The position numbers were made by a program, and so were the translations under genes. A DNA stretch of 64,000 nt from Candidatus Eiseniibacteriota bacterium. GTDB taxonomy: Bacteria > Eisenbacteria > RBG-16-71-46 > CAZAMP01. Each line of letters begins with the position of its first letter. Position 1 is the stretch's first letter. The stretch spans positions 512,001 to 576,000 of the forward strand of contig OZ245046.1 in the NCBI GenBank assembly GCA_965224245.1, given 5' to 3'. This document shows positions 29,203 to 39,623 of the stretch, in pieces. The notes under the pieces were generated by a model. That model made no database searches. It was given only the letters and a program-made list of their open reading frames with translations, and was not told the origin of the DNA.

Positions 29203-30269
29203 GCGGTGTCCGCCCGCGCGATCTCGGGGAACGGTTCGCGGCGGGCGCCGCACAGGACGACGAGGTCACGACCCTCTGTGCGGCGATCCCGGGCCCGGGT
29301 CTCACGCCAGCCGGCCACGGCCAGGGCGGCGGCCGGATCCACCTCGTACCCGACGTCCTCCAGCACATCGTTCGCCCGCGCGATCTCCGTCTCGGCCATC
29401 CGGTGCATCGCACCGCCGGTAGCCCGGACCGACACCTCGACCTCGCTGGCGCGGACGGGGTTCACCGAGCCGGCCCCGACGGCCACCGTGGTCGCGGGAT
29501 CGGCCGGTCGCACGGCATGAAGGGCCGGCGACCGCGTCAGCAGACCCGATGCCACGAGGGCCCGGAATCCGTGAAAGAGGCCCAGCAGCAGCGTGCCCTG
29601 TCCGACCGCGAGAAAGATGCGATCCGGGAGCGGATCGAGCTGCTCGGCGATCTCGAACGCGCACGTCGCGGTGCCGATCTGAAACGTCGGCTGGTAGATG
29701 TGGCTCAGGTACAGCGCATCTCGCGCGGCCGCTCGCGCGACCTTGCCCGACTCGGCCCGGGGACCGGCGACGAGGTGCACGTGGCCCCCCAGCGACTCCA
29801 GCATGCGGACGCGCTGGGGGGACGTGAAGAGAGGCGCGAACACGTGAGCCTTCAGCGATCGTGCCCGTGCGTAGGCGGCCAGCGCGGCGGCCGTGTTGCC
29901 GACCGAGTCGACGTGGACCGCGCTCGCGTCCGGCGCCAAGTTGGCCAGAACGGCCATGCCGCGATCCTTGAAGGACCCGGTCGCGTTGCGGTTCTCCTCC
30001 TTCAATCGAACCGGGTGCCCGAAGAGCGTACACCTGGAGATCGAGGTCCAGCCGGTGCCCAGGACGTCGGCGTCGTCGCGCATCGGGAGTAGTCGGCGGT
30101 AGCGTGAGAGATCGGGTCGCGACGCGTCGACGAGATCTCGCCGGTACCGGAGCCCGGCCGGGGCGAAGAGACCTCCGCAGCGGGGGCAGCACCAGTCCGA
30201 CAGCGATCGCTGCGCGTCTCCGCAGCCCCGACAGCGTGTGAAGGGAGAGAAGTCCACGGGTTTCGACAT
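29199..30269 (-). CDS. thrC: Threonine synthase-like PLP-dependent enzyme
   Basis: N-terminal CxxC...CxxC ribbon, 'NATGSFKDRG' PLP lysine, 'GNTAAA', 'AVGQG'. Start moved to ATG 30269. Confidence 0.75.
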   Translation of the reverse strand: MSKPVDFSPFTRCRGCGDAQRSLSDWCCPRCGGLFAPAGLRYRRDLVDASRPDLSRYRRLLPMRDDADVLGTGWTSISRCTLFGHPVRLKEENRNATGSFKDRGMAVLANLAPDASAVHVDSVGNTAAALAAYARARSLKAHVFAPLFTSPQRVRMLESLGGHVHLVAGPRAESGKVARAAARDALYLSHIYQPTFQIGTATCAFEIAEQLDPLPDRIFLAVGQGTLLLGLFHGFRALVASGLLTRSPALHAVRPADPATTVAVGAGSVNPVRASEVEVSVRATGGAMHRMAETEIARANDVLEDVGYEVDPAAALAVAGWRETRARDRRTEGRDLVVLCGARREPFPEIARADTA

Positions 30270-30324
30270 CGGATGATGATCGACGGTTCGGGGGCGAGGC
30301 GTCAACCGGTGACGTGCCGGGGGC

Positions 30325-31539
30325 TCATGACCCGGGGGCGGTGGCGCGTCGCGCCGGAGAGCTCGGGACGAGGCGCCCCACGAGGTCCACGAGCGCGGTC
30401 CGGTCGCGCTCCCAGTTGTACCGGGACGCCACCCGAACCGCGGCCATGCTGCCGAGCGAACGGCGTCGCGCCGGGTCCGCGAGCTCCCGCATCGCGCGGG
30501 CCGCGTCGGCCGGGTCTCCGGACGCGAACACGAGCCCGACCGGACCGTCGCCTGCGACCCGGGCCAGGGGCGCGCAGTCGCTGACCAGCACCGGCCGACC
30601 CATCGCCATGTAGAGAAAGAGCTTGTGCGGGATGGTGGTCTCGGTGTGCGGGGATCTTCGGTGAGGGACGAGCCCGACGTGGCACGCGCCGATCTCCTCG
30701 GCAACCTGCGCCTTCGGCACCCACGGATGCACGGACACGATCGCGCCCACGCTCCGCTCGCGCACCCGCCGCTCGATCTCAGCGCGCGTGTTCCCGTCCC
30801 CGACGAGACGGATCCGGATGGAGCCGTCGGTCGGCAGGTGCGTCGCCGCATCCACGATCGTGTCCAGGCCCCGATGCGGGCCGAAGCCTCCGATGTAGAG
30901 AAACGTGACCGGACCGTCCTCGTCCACGGGTCTCGCCGTCACGTCGTGTCCGAAGTCGACACGATCGGTGTTGGAGACGACGGTCACCCTCGTCGGGTCG
31001 ACCCCGTGGCGCGCGATCGCCGCGCGGGCCTCGTCGACCACGACGACCACGCCGTCGGCCGCACGGCAGACGTCTCGCTCGTATCGCTCCCAGTGGTCGG
31101 CGTCGTAGAGCCACCGTGCGAGGGGATTGCCGAGCAGGCCCCACTCGCGGATCGCCGCGGGGAACATCTCGTGCAGATCCACGATCGAGGGGCGCCCGGC
31201 GCGCCGGGCGATCGAGACGGCCGGACCGGCGATCGGCAGGTCGTGCGCGTGGAGGAGGTCGGGCCGCACGTCCGAGACGAAGCGCGAGATCCATCGCCGC
31301 CACAGCGTCCCGTAGATCGGCGTGCGTACGATCGTCGGGTGGAGCTTCCGGTGGAGCGTTCTCGGAAAGCGGACGCGATGCACCGTGAGCGGTCCCACGC
31401 GCTCGCGCCGGTGGCGATCCCCGAACTCCAGTGCGAGCAGGTGAACGTCGTGTCCCGCGTGCCGGAGCGCGGAGGCTTCCTTCTCCACGCGCAGATCGTC
31501 GGGGTAGTCGTTCTCCAGCACCATGCCGATCGTGGCCAT
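30325..31539 (-). CDS. Glycosyltransferase family 4
   Basis: 'DLRVEKEA', 'DLLHAHDLP', 'YIGGF..HRGL', 'PHKLFLYMAMGRPVLVSD'. Confidence 0.9.
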   Translation of the reverse strand: MATIGMVLENDYPDDLRVEKEASALRHAGHDVHLLALEFGDRHRRERVGPLTVHRVRFPRTLHRKLHPTIVRTPIYGTLWRRWISRFVSDVRPDLLHAHDLPIAGPAVSIARRAGRPSIVDLHEMFPAAIREWGLLGNPLARWLYDADHWERYERDVCRAADGVVVVVDEARAAIARHGVDPTRVTVVSNTDRVDFGHDVTARPVDEDGPVTFLYIGGFGPHRGLDTIVDAATHLPTDGSIRIRLVGDGNTRAEIERRVRERSVGAIVSVHPWVPKAQVAEEIGACHVGLVPHRRSPHTETTIPHKLFLYMAMGRPVLVSDCAPLARVAGDGPVGLVFASGDPADAARAMRELADPARRRSLGSMAAVRVASRYNWERDRTALVDLVGRLVPSSPARRATAPGS

Positions 31540-31623
31540 CAGGTCCCCGCCCGGTCCGTTGATGCCGCGGCGCGTCGCGCCGCCGCGGCGGCGCCGTCGA
31601 TTGCGTGCCCGCTCACGTCGCGG

Positions 31624-33015
31624 CTACACGTGAATGGCGCGACCGCCCACGGCGAGCGCGGCCTCCTTGACGACCTCGGCCAGCGTGGGGTGCGCGTGCG
31701 ACGAGCGGGCCACGTCCTCGGCCGACGCCCCGAACTCGATCGCCACCGCTGCCTCGGCGATGAGATCTCCGGCCCGTGCCCCCAGGATGTGCACACCGAG
31801 GATGCGATCGGTCTCGGCATCGGCCAGGATCTTGACGCGTCCCTCGGTGTGACCGATCGCTCGCGCACGACCGTTCGCCAGGAACGGGAAAGCGCCCTTC
31901 TTGAACGCCACGCCGGCGTCGGTGAGGGCTTCCTCGGTCTTTCCGACCGATGCGACCTCGGGCATCGTGTAGACGATGCTGGGGATCGCGTCGTAGTTGA
32001 CGTGTCCGTAGCCGGTGACGATCGCCTCGACGCACGCGATGCCCTCTTCCTCGGCCTTGTGGGCGAGCATCGGACCCTCGATGACGTCCCCGATCGCGTA
32101 CACGCCCTCAGCCGACGTCCGGAAGTGCCGGTCCACGGGGATGCGGCCCCGCGCATCCACCTCGATCCCGACCGTCTCCAGGCCAAGCCCGTCGGTGTTC
32201 GGGATCCGGCCCACCGCCACCAGCACACGATCGGCATGGATCGGGTCGCGACCCTCCACCTCGACCACGCAGCGGTCGCCGTCGACGCGGGCCGCGGTCA
32301 CCCGCGCACCGAGCACGAACTCGAGCCCCTGCTTGCCGAGGACCCGCTTCGCCTCGGCGGCGATCTCGCCGTCCATCCCGGCGAGAATCCGATCCAAGTA
32401 CTCCAGCACCGTGACGCGCGATCCCAGCCGCGACCACACCGAGCCCAGCTCCAGGCCGATGGCGCCGGCTCCGATCACGACGAGCTCCCCGGGCACCTCC
32501 GCGTACGAGAGCGCCTCGGTGCTGGTCCCGATCCGGTCTCCGTCCTGCTCGACCCCCCCGAGCGGCGCGGAGACGCTCCCGGTGGCCAGCACGACGTGCG
32601 AGGCCTCCAGCGTGTCGGCGCCGTTGTGTCGCTCCACGACGACCCGGCCGGCTCCCTCGAGCCGGCCGCGTCCCTCGTAGCGGGTGACGCGGTTCTTTCG
32701 AAAGAGGCCGTCGACGCCCATGGTCAGCGTCGCGACCGTCTCGTCCTTGCGGGCGAGCATGCGTGCCAGGTCGAGCTCGACGCCCGGGACGCGGATGCCG
32801 TGCGCAGCGAACCCATGTGTCGCCTCGCGGAACAGCTCGGACGACTCGAGCAACGCCTTGGAGGGGATGCACCCGATCCGGAGACAGGTCCCGCCGAGCC
32901 GGGGCTCGACCTCCACGCACGCGGTGTCGAGACCCAGCTGCGCGGCGCGGATGGCGGCCACGTAGCCGCCGGGGCCGCCGCCGATGATGATCAGGTCGTG
33001 CCGTCGATCGGGCAT
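31624..33015 (-). CDS. lpdA: Dihydrolipoyl dehydrogenase (E3)
   Basis: 'GGGPGGY', 'GGTCLRIGCIPSK', 'GAGAIGLE', 'HAHPTLAE'. Confidence 0.97.
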   Translation of the reverse strand: MPDRRHDLIIIGGGPGGYVAAIRAAQLGLDTACVEVEPRLGGTCLRIGCIPSKALLESSELFREATHGFAAHGIRVPGVELDLARMLARKDETVATLTMGVDGLFRKNRVTRYEGRGRLEGAGRVVVERHNGADTLEASHVVLATGSVSAPLGGVEQDGDRIGTSTEALSYAEVPGELVVIGAGAIGLELGSVWSRLGSRVTVLEYLDRILAGMDGEIAAEAKRVLGKQGLEFVLGARVTAARVDGDRCVVEVEGRDPIHADRVLVAVGRIPNTDGLGLETVGIEVDARGRIPVDRHFRTSAEGVYAIGDVIEGPMLAHKAEEEGIACVEAIVTGYGHVNYDAIPSIVYTMPEVASVGKTEEALTDAGVAFKKGAFPFLANGRARAIGHTEGRVKILADAETDRILGVHILGARAGDLIAEAAVAIEFGASAEDVARSSHAHPTLAEVVKEAALAVGGRAIHV

Positions 33016-33018
33016 CGG

Positions 33019-34329
33019 TCAGATCTCCAGCAGAATGCGCGTGGGGTTCTCCACGCACTCCTTGATTCGTTTGAGAAACGTGACCGCCTCCCGGCCGTCG
33101 ATGATGCGGTGATCGTACGTGAGCGCCACGTACATCATCGGCCGGATGACGACCTGTCCGTCGCGCGCCACCGGGCGATCGTCGATTCCGTGGAGACCCA
33201 GGATGCCGCTCTGAGGCGGGTTCACGATCGGCGTGGACAGGAGCGATCCGTACACGCCTCCGTTGGAGATGGTGAATGTCCCGCCCTGCAGCTCGTCCAG
33301 CTCCAGCGTGTTCTCCTGCGCGCGCTTGGCGAAGTCGGCGATGATCGACTCGATCTCCGCGAAGCTGTGCCGCTCGGCGTTCCGAATGACCGGCACCACG
33401 AGCCCACGCCCTCCGCCGACGGCGACCCCGATGTCGTAGTAGTCGTGGTAGACGATGTCGGTGCCGTCGATCCGGGCGTTCACCTCGGGGATCAGCTTGA
33501 GGGCCTCGACGGCGGCCTTCACGAAGAACGACATCAGACCGAGCTTGATGCCGTACCTGGCGGTGAAGGCGTCCTGATGCGTCGCCCTGAGCGCCTTGAC
33601 CTCGCTCATGTCGATCTCGTTGAACGTCGTCAGGAGCGCGGCGGTCTGCTGGGATTCGACGAGCCGCTCGGCGATGCGCTGGCGGAGACGCGTCATCCGC
33701 ACGCGCTCGGTGCGACGTGACGCCTCGGTGGACGGCGCCGGTGCCGTCTCGGGCCCGGGTCGGGACTCGCCGTCCGTGGAGCCGGTGTGCCGTCGAACGT
33801 CCTCCTTGAGGAGGCGCCCGCCGGGCCCCGTGGCCTCGACGTCGCTCGCCGATAGCCCGTGCTCCGCCAGGGCGCGCCGGGCCGCCGGCATCACCCGGAC
33901 GCCGGCGTCCGCGTCGCGATCCGGTGCATCCTCGTGCTCTCGCTCGGGCTCGGCCGGCGTGTCCGCCGCCGGCGGGGAGGTCGCCCGCGACCGTGTCTCG
34001 GCCGACGCGCCGTCCGCCTTCACCGGTGGGGCGGGCGCGTCCGAGCCGGCGTCGGTCGCGGTGGTCGCGCCGCCGCCATCGGCCCTGGCGGCGCTCTCGT
34101 CGATGTAGCCGATCACGTCGCCCACGTCGGCGGTGTCGCCCGTCTTCTTCAGGATCTTCGAGACGGTGCCGGACGCGGGCGCCGGAAGCTCGGCGGTCAC
34201 CTTGTCGGTCTCGAGCACGACGACCGGCTCGTCGGCCTCGACGCTCTCGCCTTCCTTCTTGAGCCACTCGCCCAGATAGGCCTCGGTGACCGACTCTCCA
34301 AACGACGGGATCTTCAGCTCGATCGCCAT
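33019..34329 (-). CDS. sucB: 2-oxoglutarate dehydrogenase E2 (dihydrolipoyl succinyltransferase)
   Basis: Lipoyl 'LETDKVT', E3-binding '[10 protein letters not shown]', catalytic 'TYDHRIIDG'. Confidence 0.97.
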   Translation of the reverse strand: MAIELKIPSFGESVTEAYLGEWLKKEGESVEADEPVVVLETDKVTAELPAPASGTVSKILKKTGDTADVGDVIGYIDESAARADGGGATTATDAGSDAPAPPVKADGASAETRSRATSPPAADTPAEPEREHEDAPDRDADAGVRVMPAARRALAEHGLSASDVEATGPGGRLLKEDVRRHTGSTDGESRPGPETAPAPSTEASRRTERVRMTRLRQRIAERLVESQQTAALLTTFNEIDMSEVKALRATHQDAFTARYGIKLGLMSFFVKAAVEALKLIPEVNARIDGTDIVYHDYYDIGVAVGGGRGLVVPVIRNAERHSFAEIESIIADFAKRAQENTLELDELQGGTFTISNGGVYGSLLSTPIVNPPQSGILGLHGIDDRPVARDGQVVIRPMMYVALTYDHRIIDGREAVTFLKRIKECVENPTRILLEI

Positions 34330-34393
34330 GCGAACCGTTCCCTTTCCGAGGCGCGCCGGACGGTGTGTCCGCGCGGGGTGGCGCGCACGTTCG

Positions 34394-37198
34394 TCACGGG
34401 GTCGCGAACGCGCGCGCGATCAGACGTTCCTGCTCCAGCCTGTGACTGGCCGCCGACCCGGTGGCCGGGCTCGCAGACGCTTCACGCGTGATGCCCTCGA
34501 AGCCCCAGCGCCCGAGAAGTCGCTCTCCGAAGCGAGCCCGGAGGTGACACCACGCGCCGGCATTCTCGGGCTCTTCCTGTACCCAGACGACGGGCACCGT
34601 GTCCGGGTACGGCGCGAGCGCCTCCCCGAGCACCTCGTCGGCGAGCGGGTAGAGCTGCTCGCACCGGAGGATGGCCACGTCGTCGTGCCCGAACTCGAGG
34701 CGCGCGGCATCCAGCTCGTAGTAGATCTTACCCGAGCACAGGAGCACCCGGCGCGCGCGGGTGGGGTCGACCGGAAGCGCATCGTCGATGATGCGCCGGA
34801 AACGACCCGTCGTGAAGTCGTCGAGCGGGGATACCGCACTCGCGTGGCGGAGCAGGCTCTTGGGCGTCATGACCACCAGGGGCTTTCGCCACGTCCGCAC
34901 GACCTGACGTCTCAGCGCGTGGAAGTACTGCGCGGGGGTCGTGGGATTCACGATCTGGATGTTGTCCTCCGCCGTCAGGGTCAGGAAGCGCTCGAGCCGG
35001 GCGCTCGAGTGCTCTGGGCCGTTGCCCTCGAAGCCGTGCGGCAGGAGGAGGACGAGCCCGGAGAGGCGGTTCCACTTGTCCTCGGCGCTGATGATGAACT
35101 GGTCGATGATCACCTGGGCCACGTTGCAGAAGTCGCCGAACTGTGCCTCCCACATGACCAGTCCGCTCGGATGATCGAGGCTGTACCCGTACTCGAATCC
35201 GAGCACGCCGACCTCCGAGAGCGGGCTGTTGATGATGTCCACCGGCGCCTGCTCGCTCGCGACGTGCTGGAGCGGGACGTACGGGGCTCCGGTCTCTTGA
35301 TCGTGCAGGATGGCGTGCCGGTGGCTGAAGGTCCCGCGGCCGGAGTCCTGTCCGGCCAGGCGCACGCGATGACCCTCCGCCGCCAGTGATGCGAGCGCGA
35401 GCGCCTCGCCGTTGGCCCAGTCCAGGTGCTTCTGTCCGCTCGCCATGGCCAGCCGGGCGTTCAGGAATCGCCGCAGCTTCGGGTGGAGCTGGAAGCCGTC
35501 GGGGACGTGGGCCTGCTCCTCCAGGAGCGCCGCACACGTCTCTCCCGGGACGCCGGTGTCGACGTCGGGCGCGTCCGCTTCCGGTCCGCCGCGGTACGTG
35601 TGCCAGACGCCCGCGAGCGTGTCGGGCGTCCCCGAGTACTCCGGGCTCCGCGCCACCGTGAGCTCGCGATCGAGCATCTCCCGGCGTTCGGTCACGATCT
35701 CCCGGGCCTCGTCCTTCGAGACGCCACCGAGTCGCATGAGTCGCTCGAGGTACGTCTCGCTGATCGGACGCCGCGCCCGGATCGCCTCGTACATGCGGGG
35801 CTGCGTGAACGCGGGCTCGTCGCCCTCGTTGTGCCCGTGGCGACGGTAGCAGTACATGTCGATCACGACGTCGCGGTGGAAGCGCTGGCGGAAGTCCATC
35901 GCGATCCGGAGTACCTGCGCGACCGCCTCGGGGTCCTCGCCGTTCACGTGGAAGATCGGGATCTGGAGCATCTTGGCCACGCCCGACGCGTAGATCGTCG
36001 AGCGCGCCTCGGAGGGGCCGGTCGTGAACCCGATCTGGTTGTTGACGATGACGTGCAGCGTACCGCCGGTCGTGTAGCCGTCGAGCTCGCTGAGGTTCAG
36101 CGTCTCCTGGATGACCCCTTGCCCGGCGAACGCCGCGTCGCCGTGGATCAGGATGACCATGCCGTCGGCGCCGCTGCCCCCGAGGCGCGCGGCATCCTGC
36201 TTGGCCCGCATGCGTCCCAGCGCGACCGGGTTGACGAACTCGAGGTGGCTGGGGTTGAAGCACAGCGAGAGGTGAACGTCGTTGCCCGAGAACGTCTTCT
36301 GGACGCGTGAGAAACCGAGGTGGTACTTCACGTCGCCGCCGCCCAGGTAGCGCTCGGGGTCGGCGTCCTCGAACTCCCAGAAGATCTGGGCCGGCGACTT
36401 GCCGATGATGTTCGCGAGCACGTTGAGCCGGCCCCGGTGGGCCATCCCGAACACGATCTCCGCCAGTCCCTCCTCTCCGGCCCGATGGATCGCCATGTCC
36501 AGGAGCGGGATCAGGCTCTCGGCGCCCTCGAGCGAGAAGCGCTTGGCGCCCAGGTACTTCTTCTGGATGAACTCCTCGAACATGACCGCGTCGGTGAGCT
36601 TGCGCAGGATCCGCAGCTGCTCTTCGCGCCGGAGCGAGATGCGATTCTGCGTGCTCTCCATGCGCGTCTGGAGCCACATCTTGATCTCGATGTCGTCGAT
36701 GTGCATGTACTGCACGCCGATGTAGCGGCAGTAGGTGTTGCGGAGCCGCTCCAGGATCTCGGCCAGGGTCAGCGTGTCGGGAGACCCGGCCAGCGTGCGG
36801 CTCGAGAAGCGGCGCTCGTGGTCCTCGGGGGTGAGTCCGTAGTACTCCGGCTCCAGCTCGGGATGCTGCGTGCGCGGCAGCTGGAGCGGATCGAACCGGG
36901 CCACGAGGTGTCCGCGCACCCGGTACGCCCGGATCAGCTGGTCCACCCGATCCTGCAGCTCCACGAGCCGGGAGAGATCGACCGGGCCCGAGCCGTTCGG
37001 GGTGGGAGAGGCCGGGTTGAACACGCTCCGGGGCGTGAACGCGGGACGTCGCGCACCGGCGGCCGGGCCGTCGCCGTCCATGGACGCGAAGTACGCACGC
37101 CAGCTCGCCGACACCGACGCTGGATCGCGACGGTACGCCTCGTACACGTCCTCGACGAAGGCGAGGTTCGTCATGCTCGGCAGGTCGTGGCGGGTCAT
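34394..37198 (-). CDS. sucA: 2-oxoglutarate dehydrogenase E1
   Basis: 'KRFSLEG', 'GMAHRGRLN', 'GDVKYH', 'HGDAAF', 'WEAQFGDF', 'PEHSSAR', 'SPATG'. Confidence 0.98.
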   Translation of the reverse strand: MTRHDLPSMTNLAFVEDVYEAYRRDPASVSASWRAYFASMDGDGPAAGARRPAFTPRSVFNPASPTPNGSGPVDLSRLVELQDRVDQLIRAYRVRGHLVARFDPLQLPRTQHPELEPEYYGLTPEDHERRFSSRTLAGSPDTLTLAEILERLRNTYCRYIGVQYMHIDDIEIKMWLQTRMESTQNRISLRREEQLRILRKLTDAVMFEEFIQKKYLGAKRFSLEGAESLIPLLDMAIHRAGEEGLAEIVFGMAHRGRLNVLANIIGKSPAQIFWEFEDADPERYLGGGDVKYHLGFSRVQKTFSGNDVHLSLCFNPSHLEFVNPVALGRMRAKQDAARLGGSGADGMVILIHGDAAFAGQGVIQETLNLSELDGYTTGGTLHVIVNNQIGFTTGPSEARSTIYASGVAKMLQIPIFHVNGEDPEAVAQVLRIAMDFRQRFHRDVVIDMYCYRRHGHNEGDEPAFTQPRMYEAIRARRPISETYLERLMRLGGVSKDEAREIVTERREMLDRELTVARSPEYSGTPDTLAGVWHTYRGGPEADAPDVDTGVPGETCAALLEEQAHVPDGFQLHPKLRRFLNARLAMASGQKHLDWANGEALALASLAAEGHRVRLAGQDSGRGTFSHRHAILHDQETGAPYVPLQHVASEQAPVDIINSPLSEVGVLGFEYGYSLDHPSGLVMWEAQFGDFCNVAQVIIDQFIISAEDKWNRLSGLVLLLPHGFEGNGPEHSSARLERFLTLTAEDNIQIVNPTTPAQYFHALRRQVVRTWRKPLVVMTPKSLLRHASAVSPLDDFTTGRFRRIIDDALPVDPTRARRVLLCSGKIYYELDAARLEFGHDDVAILRCEQLYPLADEVLGEALAPYPDTVPVVWVQEEPENAGAWCHLRARFGERLLGRWGFEGITREASASPATGSAASHRLEQERLIARAFATP

Positions 37199-37368
37199 GG
37201 TTCCGGATGTCCCTTCGGGAATCGGGCGATGACTCGAGAAGCGTCCGAGTGTACGCGTTCGGGCTGCGCCGGTCCACGCCCTGCGGCCCCACGCCCTGCC
37301 GGTCCGCCCGGGAGCCCCCGCTCACGGACGCCGGGGGGTTCCGGCTGGGGCCGCCGGACGGATCCCCA

Positions 37369-37398
37369 TTGCCCGGCCGGACTCGCGATTGGTAGCGT
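37369..37398 (+). promoter_or_regulatory. Putative sigma-70 promoter for nadE (possibly leaderless)
   Basis: TTGCCC-N18-TAGCGT with extended TGn. The -10 ends 7 nt before the ATG at 37406. Confidence 0.5.
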
Positions 37399-37405
37399 CT
37401 CGGTC

Positions 37406-39142
37406 ATGAACTCACTCCGCATCGCGCTCGCGCAGATCAACACGACCGTCGGCGACGTCGCCGGAAACGCCCTTCTCGTCCGCCAGGGCATCGAACGAGC
37501 CCGCGGCGAGGGCGCCGAGCTCGTCGTGTTTCCCGAGGCGACCCTGCCCGGATACCCCGCCGACGATCTCGTCCTGAAGACGAGCTTCGTGGTCGCCACG
37601 CAGACGGCGGTGGCGGAGCTCGCCCCGTCGTCGCGGGGGCTGACCGTCCTCGTCGGCTTCGTCGACGACGTCGACGGGGGTATCGGCAACGCTGTTGCGA
37701 TCCTGCACGACGGCCGGCACGTCGGCACCGTGTTGAAGCACCACCTGCCCAACTACGGCGTCTTCGACGAGCGCCGCTACTTCACCCCCGCGACGCGTCC
37801 GGTACTCCTGTGCCGCGGGGGGGTTAGACTGGGTTTGACGATCTGTGAGGACATTTGGATTCGTCCGAGTCCCGCCGAGATCCAGTGCCGGGACGGCGGC
37901 GCCGACATCCTCGTGAACCTGTCCGCGTCCCCGTACGCGATCGGCAAACCGGCTCGCCGGGAGGCGCTGTTCGGCGCCCTGGCGGCGGAGCTCGGCGTGC
38001 ATCTCCTCGTGTGCAACCTGGTCGGGGGGCAGGACGAGCTCGTCTTCGACGGGACCTCGCTGGCGATCGGTCCGGACGGGTCGATGCTGGCCCGCGCGTC
38101 CAGCTTCTCCGAGGATCTCGTCGTGCTGGACGTTCCCGCGCGGGTCCACGCGTCGCCGCCGCCCGACCGAACCACGCTTCGAACGTTCGAGGTGGAGCCG
38201 ATCGACACGGGGGACGGAGTGGGGAGCGGGCGCATCCGCGTCGCGAAGGAGCCGGCCGAGAGGCTCGCGGTCGTCCGCGGGGGGCGCTGCGCCCCGCTCG
38301 CGGGCGTCGAGGAGACCTACGCGGCGCTCGTGCTGGGGACCCGCGACTACACCCTCAAGAACGGCTTCGAGCACGTCGTTCTCGGGCTCTCGGGCGGGAT
38401 CGACTCCGCGCTCGTGGCCGTGGTCGCTGCGGACGCGCTCGGACCCGCGCACGTGACCGCGATCGGGATGCCCTCCCCCTTCAGCTCCCCGGGCAGCGTG
38501 ACCGACGCACGCGCCCTCTCCGAGGCGCTCGGCATCGAGTTCCGGGTGATCGAGATCGATCGGGTGTACGAGGCACTCATCGAGGCGCTCGAGCCGTCGT
38601 TCCAGGGGTTGCCGTTCGGCCTCGCCGAGGAGAACCTCCAGGCTCGCGTGCGCGGGAATCTCCTGATGGCGCTGTCGAACAAGTTCGGGTGGCTCGTCCT
38701 GACCACGGGCAACAAGTCCGAGACCGCGGTCGGGTACTCGACGCTCTACGGGGACACCGCGGGCGGGTTCGCGGTCATCAAGGACCTCTACAAGACCAGC
38801 GTCTACGAGCACGCTCGGCATCGGAACGCATCGGGCGCCGTCATTCCCGAGTCGATCCTGACGAAGGCCCCGTCGGCCGAGCTGCGCCCCGATCAGAAGG
38901 ACTCCGATTCGCTCCCGCCGTACGACGTCCTCGATCGCATTCTGGTCGCGTACGTCGAGCGGGATCAGTCGATCGACGAGATCGCATCGGAGGAAACCGA
39001 CCGCGAGCTGGTCGCCCGCGTGACCGGGCTCGTGGACCGCGCGGAGTACAAGCGGCGACAGAGCCCGCCCGGCATCAAGATCACCACCCGCGCATTCGGC
39101 AAGGACCGCCGGCTTCCGATCACCAACCGCTGGGGTGGGTGA
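37406..39142 (+). CDS. nadE: Glutamine-dependent NAD+ synthetase
   Basis: Nitrilase domain ('FPE', 'KHHLPNYGVFDE', 'ICEDIW') plus synthetase domain ('LSGGIDS', 'NLQAR', 'TGNKSE', 'PSAEL', 'EYKRRQ'). Real start is 37406, not 36320. Confidence 0.96.
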   Translation: MNSLRIALAQINTTVGDVAGNALLVRQGIERARGEGAELVVFPEATLPGYPADDLVLKTSFVVATQTAVAELAPSSRGLTVLVGFVDDVDGGIGNAVAILHDGRHVGTVLKHHLPNYGVFDERRYFTPATRPVLLCRGGVRLGLTICEDIWIRPSPAEIQCRDGGADILVNLSASPYAIGKPARREALFGALAAELGVHLLVCNLVGGQDELVFDGTSLAIGPDGSMLARASSFSEDLVVLDVPARVHASPPPDRTTLRTFEVEPIDTGDGVGSGRIRVAKEPAERLAVVRGGRCAPLAGVEETYAALVLGTRDYTLKNGFEHVVLGLSGGIDSALVAVVAADALGPAHVTAIGMPSPFSSPGSVTDARALSEALGIEFRVIEIDRVYEALIEALEPSFQGLPFGLAEENLQARVRGNLLMALSNKFGWLVLTTGNKSETAVGYSTLYGDTAGGFAVIKDLYKTSVYEHARHRNASGAVIPESILTKAPSAELRPDQKDSDSLPPYDVLDRILVAYVERDQSIDEIASEETDRELVARVTGLVDRAEYKRRQSPPGIKITTRAFGKDRRLPITNRWGG

Positions 39143-39474
39143 TGGGATCGGCTCCGCGCTGGCACCGCCTGCTCGGTGAGCGACACGAGTACGACGAGGA
39201 GTGGGAGCGCGCGATCCGTTGCTATCTGGTCGCGCTCGATCAGGAGCCCGACGACCTCGAGACCTACTACCGCCTCGCGCGAATCTACGCGAAGCTGGGT
39301 GTCGAGAACGCGAACCTGGATCTCCTGGAGCAGGCCGGCAAGGTGGGCCGCGCCGGCCGCCGCCGGGCCGAGCCCGGAAGCGACTGGTTCCAGCGCTTCG
39401 ACGCGTTGCTCGGCGAGCTGGGACCGGCCTGGGAGGCCGCGGGCGGTGACACGGAAGACGTCGAGCCGAGGTAA
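39142..39474 (+). CDS. Small TPR-like protein
   Basis: TGATG coupling to nadE. 'WERAIRCYLVALDQEPDDLETYYRLARIYAKLG' is TPR-like. Confidence 0.7.
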   Translation: MGSAPRWHRLLGERHEYDEEWERAIRCYLVALDQEPDDLETYYRLARIYAKLGVENANLDLLEQAGKVGRAGRRRAEPGSDWFQRFDALLGELGPAWEAAGGDTEDVEPR

Positions 39475-39623
39475 ATCATTGTAGGATAATAATCAAGACG
39501 GATCAGTGTCTTTTCCGGCTCGGATCCTGTTCGGTCCTCGCGATTTCGGCGTTGGTGCGGGCGCAACGAGCCGCCGTCCCGATCACGGCGTCGCCCAGAC
39601 CATACGAAAAAGCGAGGCATGGC

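Noticed and set aside
30270-30851. N-terminal extension of the threonine-synthase-like ORF
   Set aside because: It overlaps the GT4 gene in another frame. Homology starts at MSKPV (30269).
30625-33720. 1031-aa plus-strand ORF, and similar long track ORFs (14873..17623, 19420..21891, 34728..37325, 55538..57931)
   Set aside because: They are antisense or off-frame shadows of well-supported genes. They are Arg/Pro/Gly-rich with no motifs, as expected at this GC content.
36320-37405. Apparent 360-aa N-terminal extension of NadE
   Set aside because: It is antisense to sucA. The nitrilase domain starts at ATG 37406, right after a promoter-like element.
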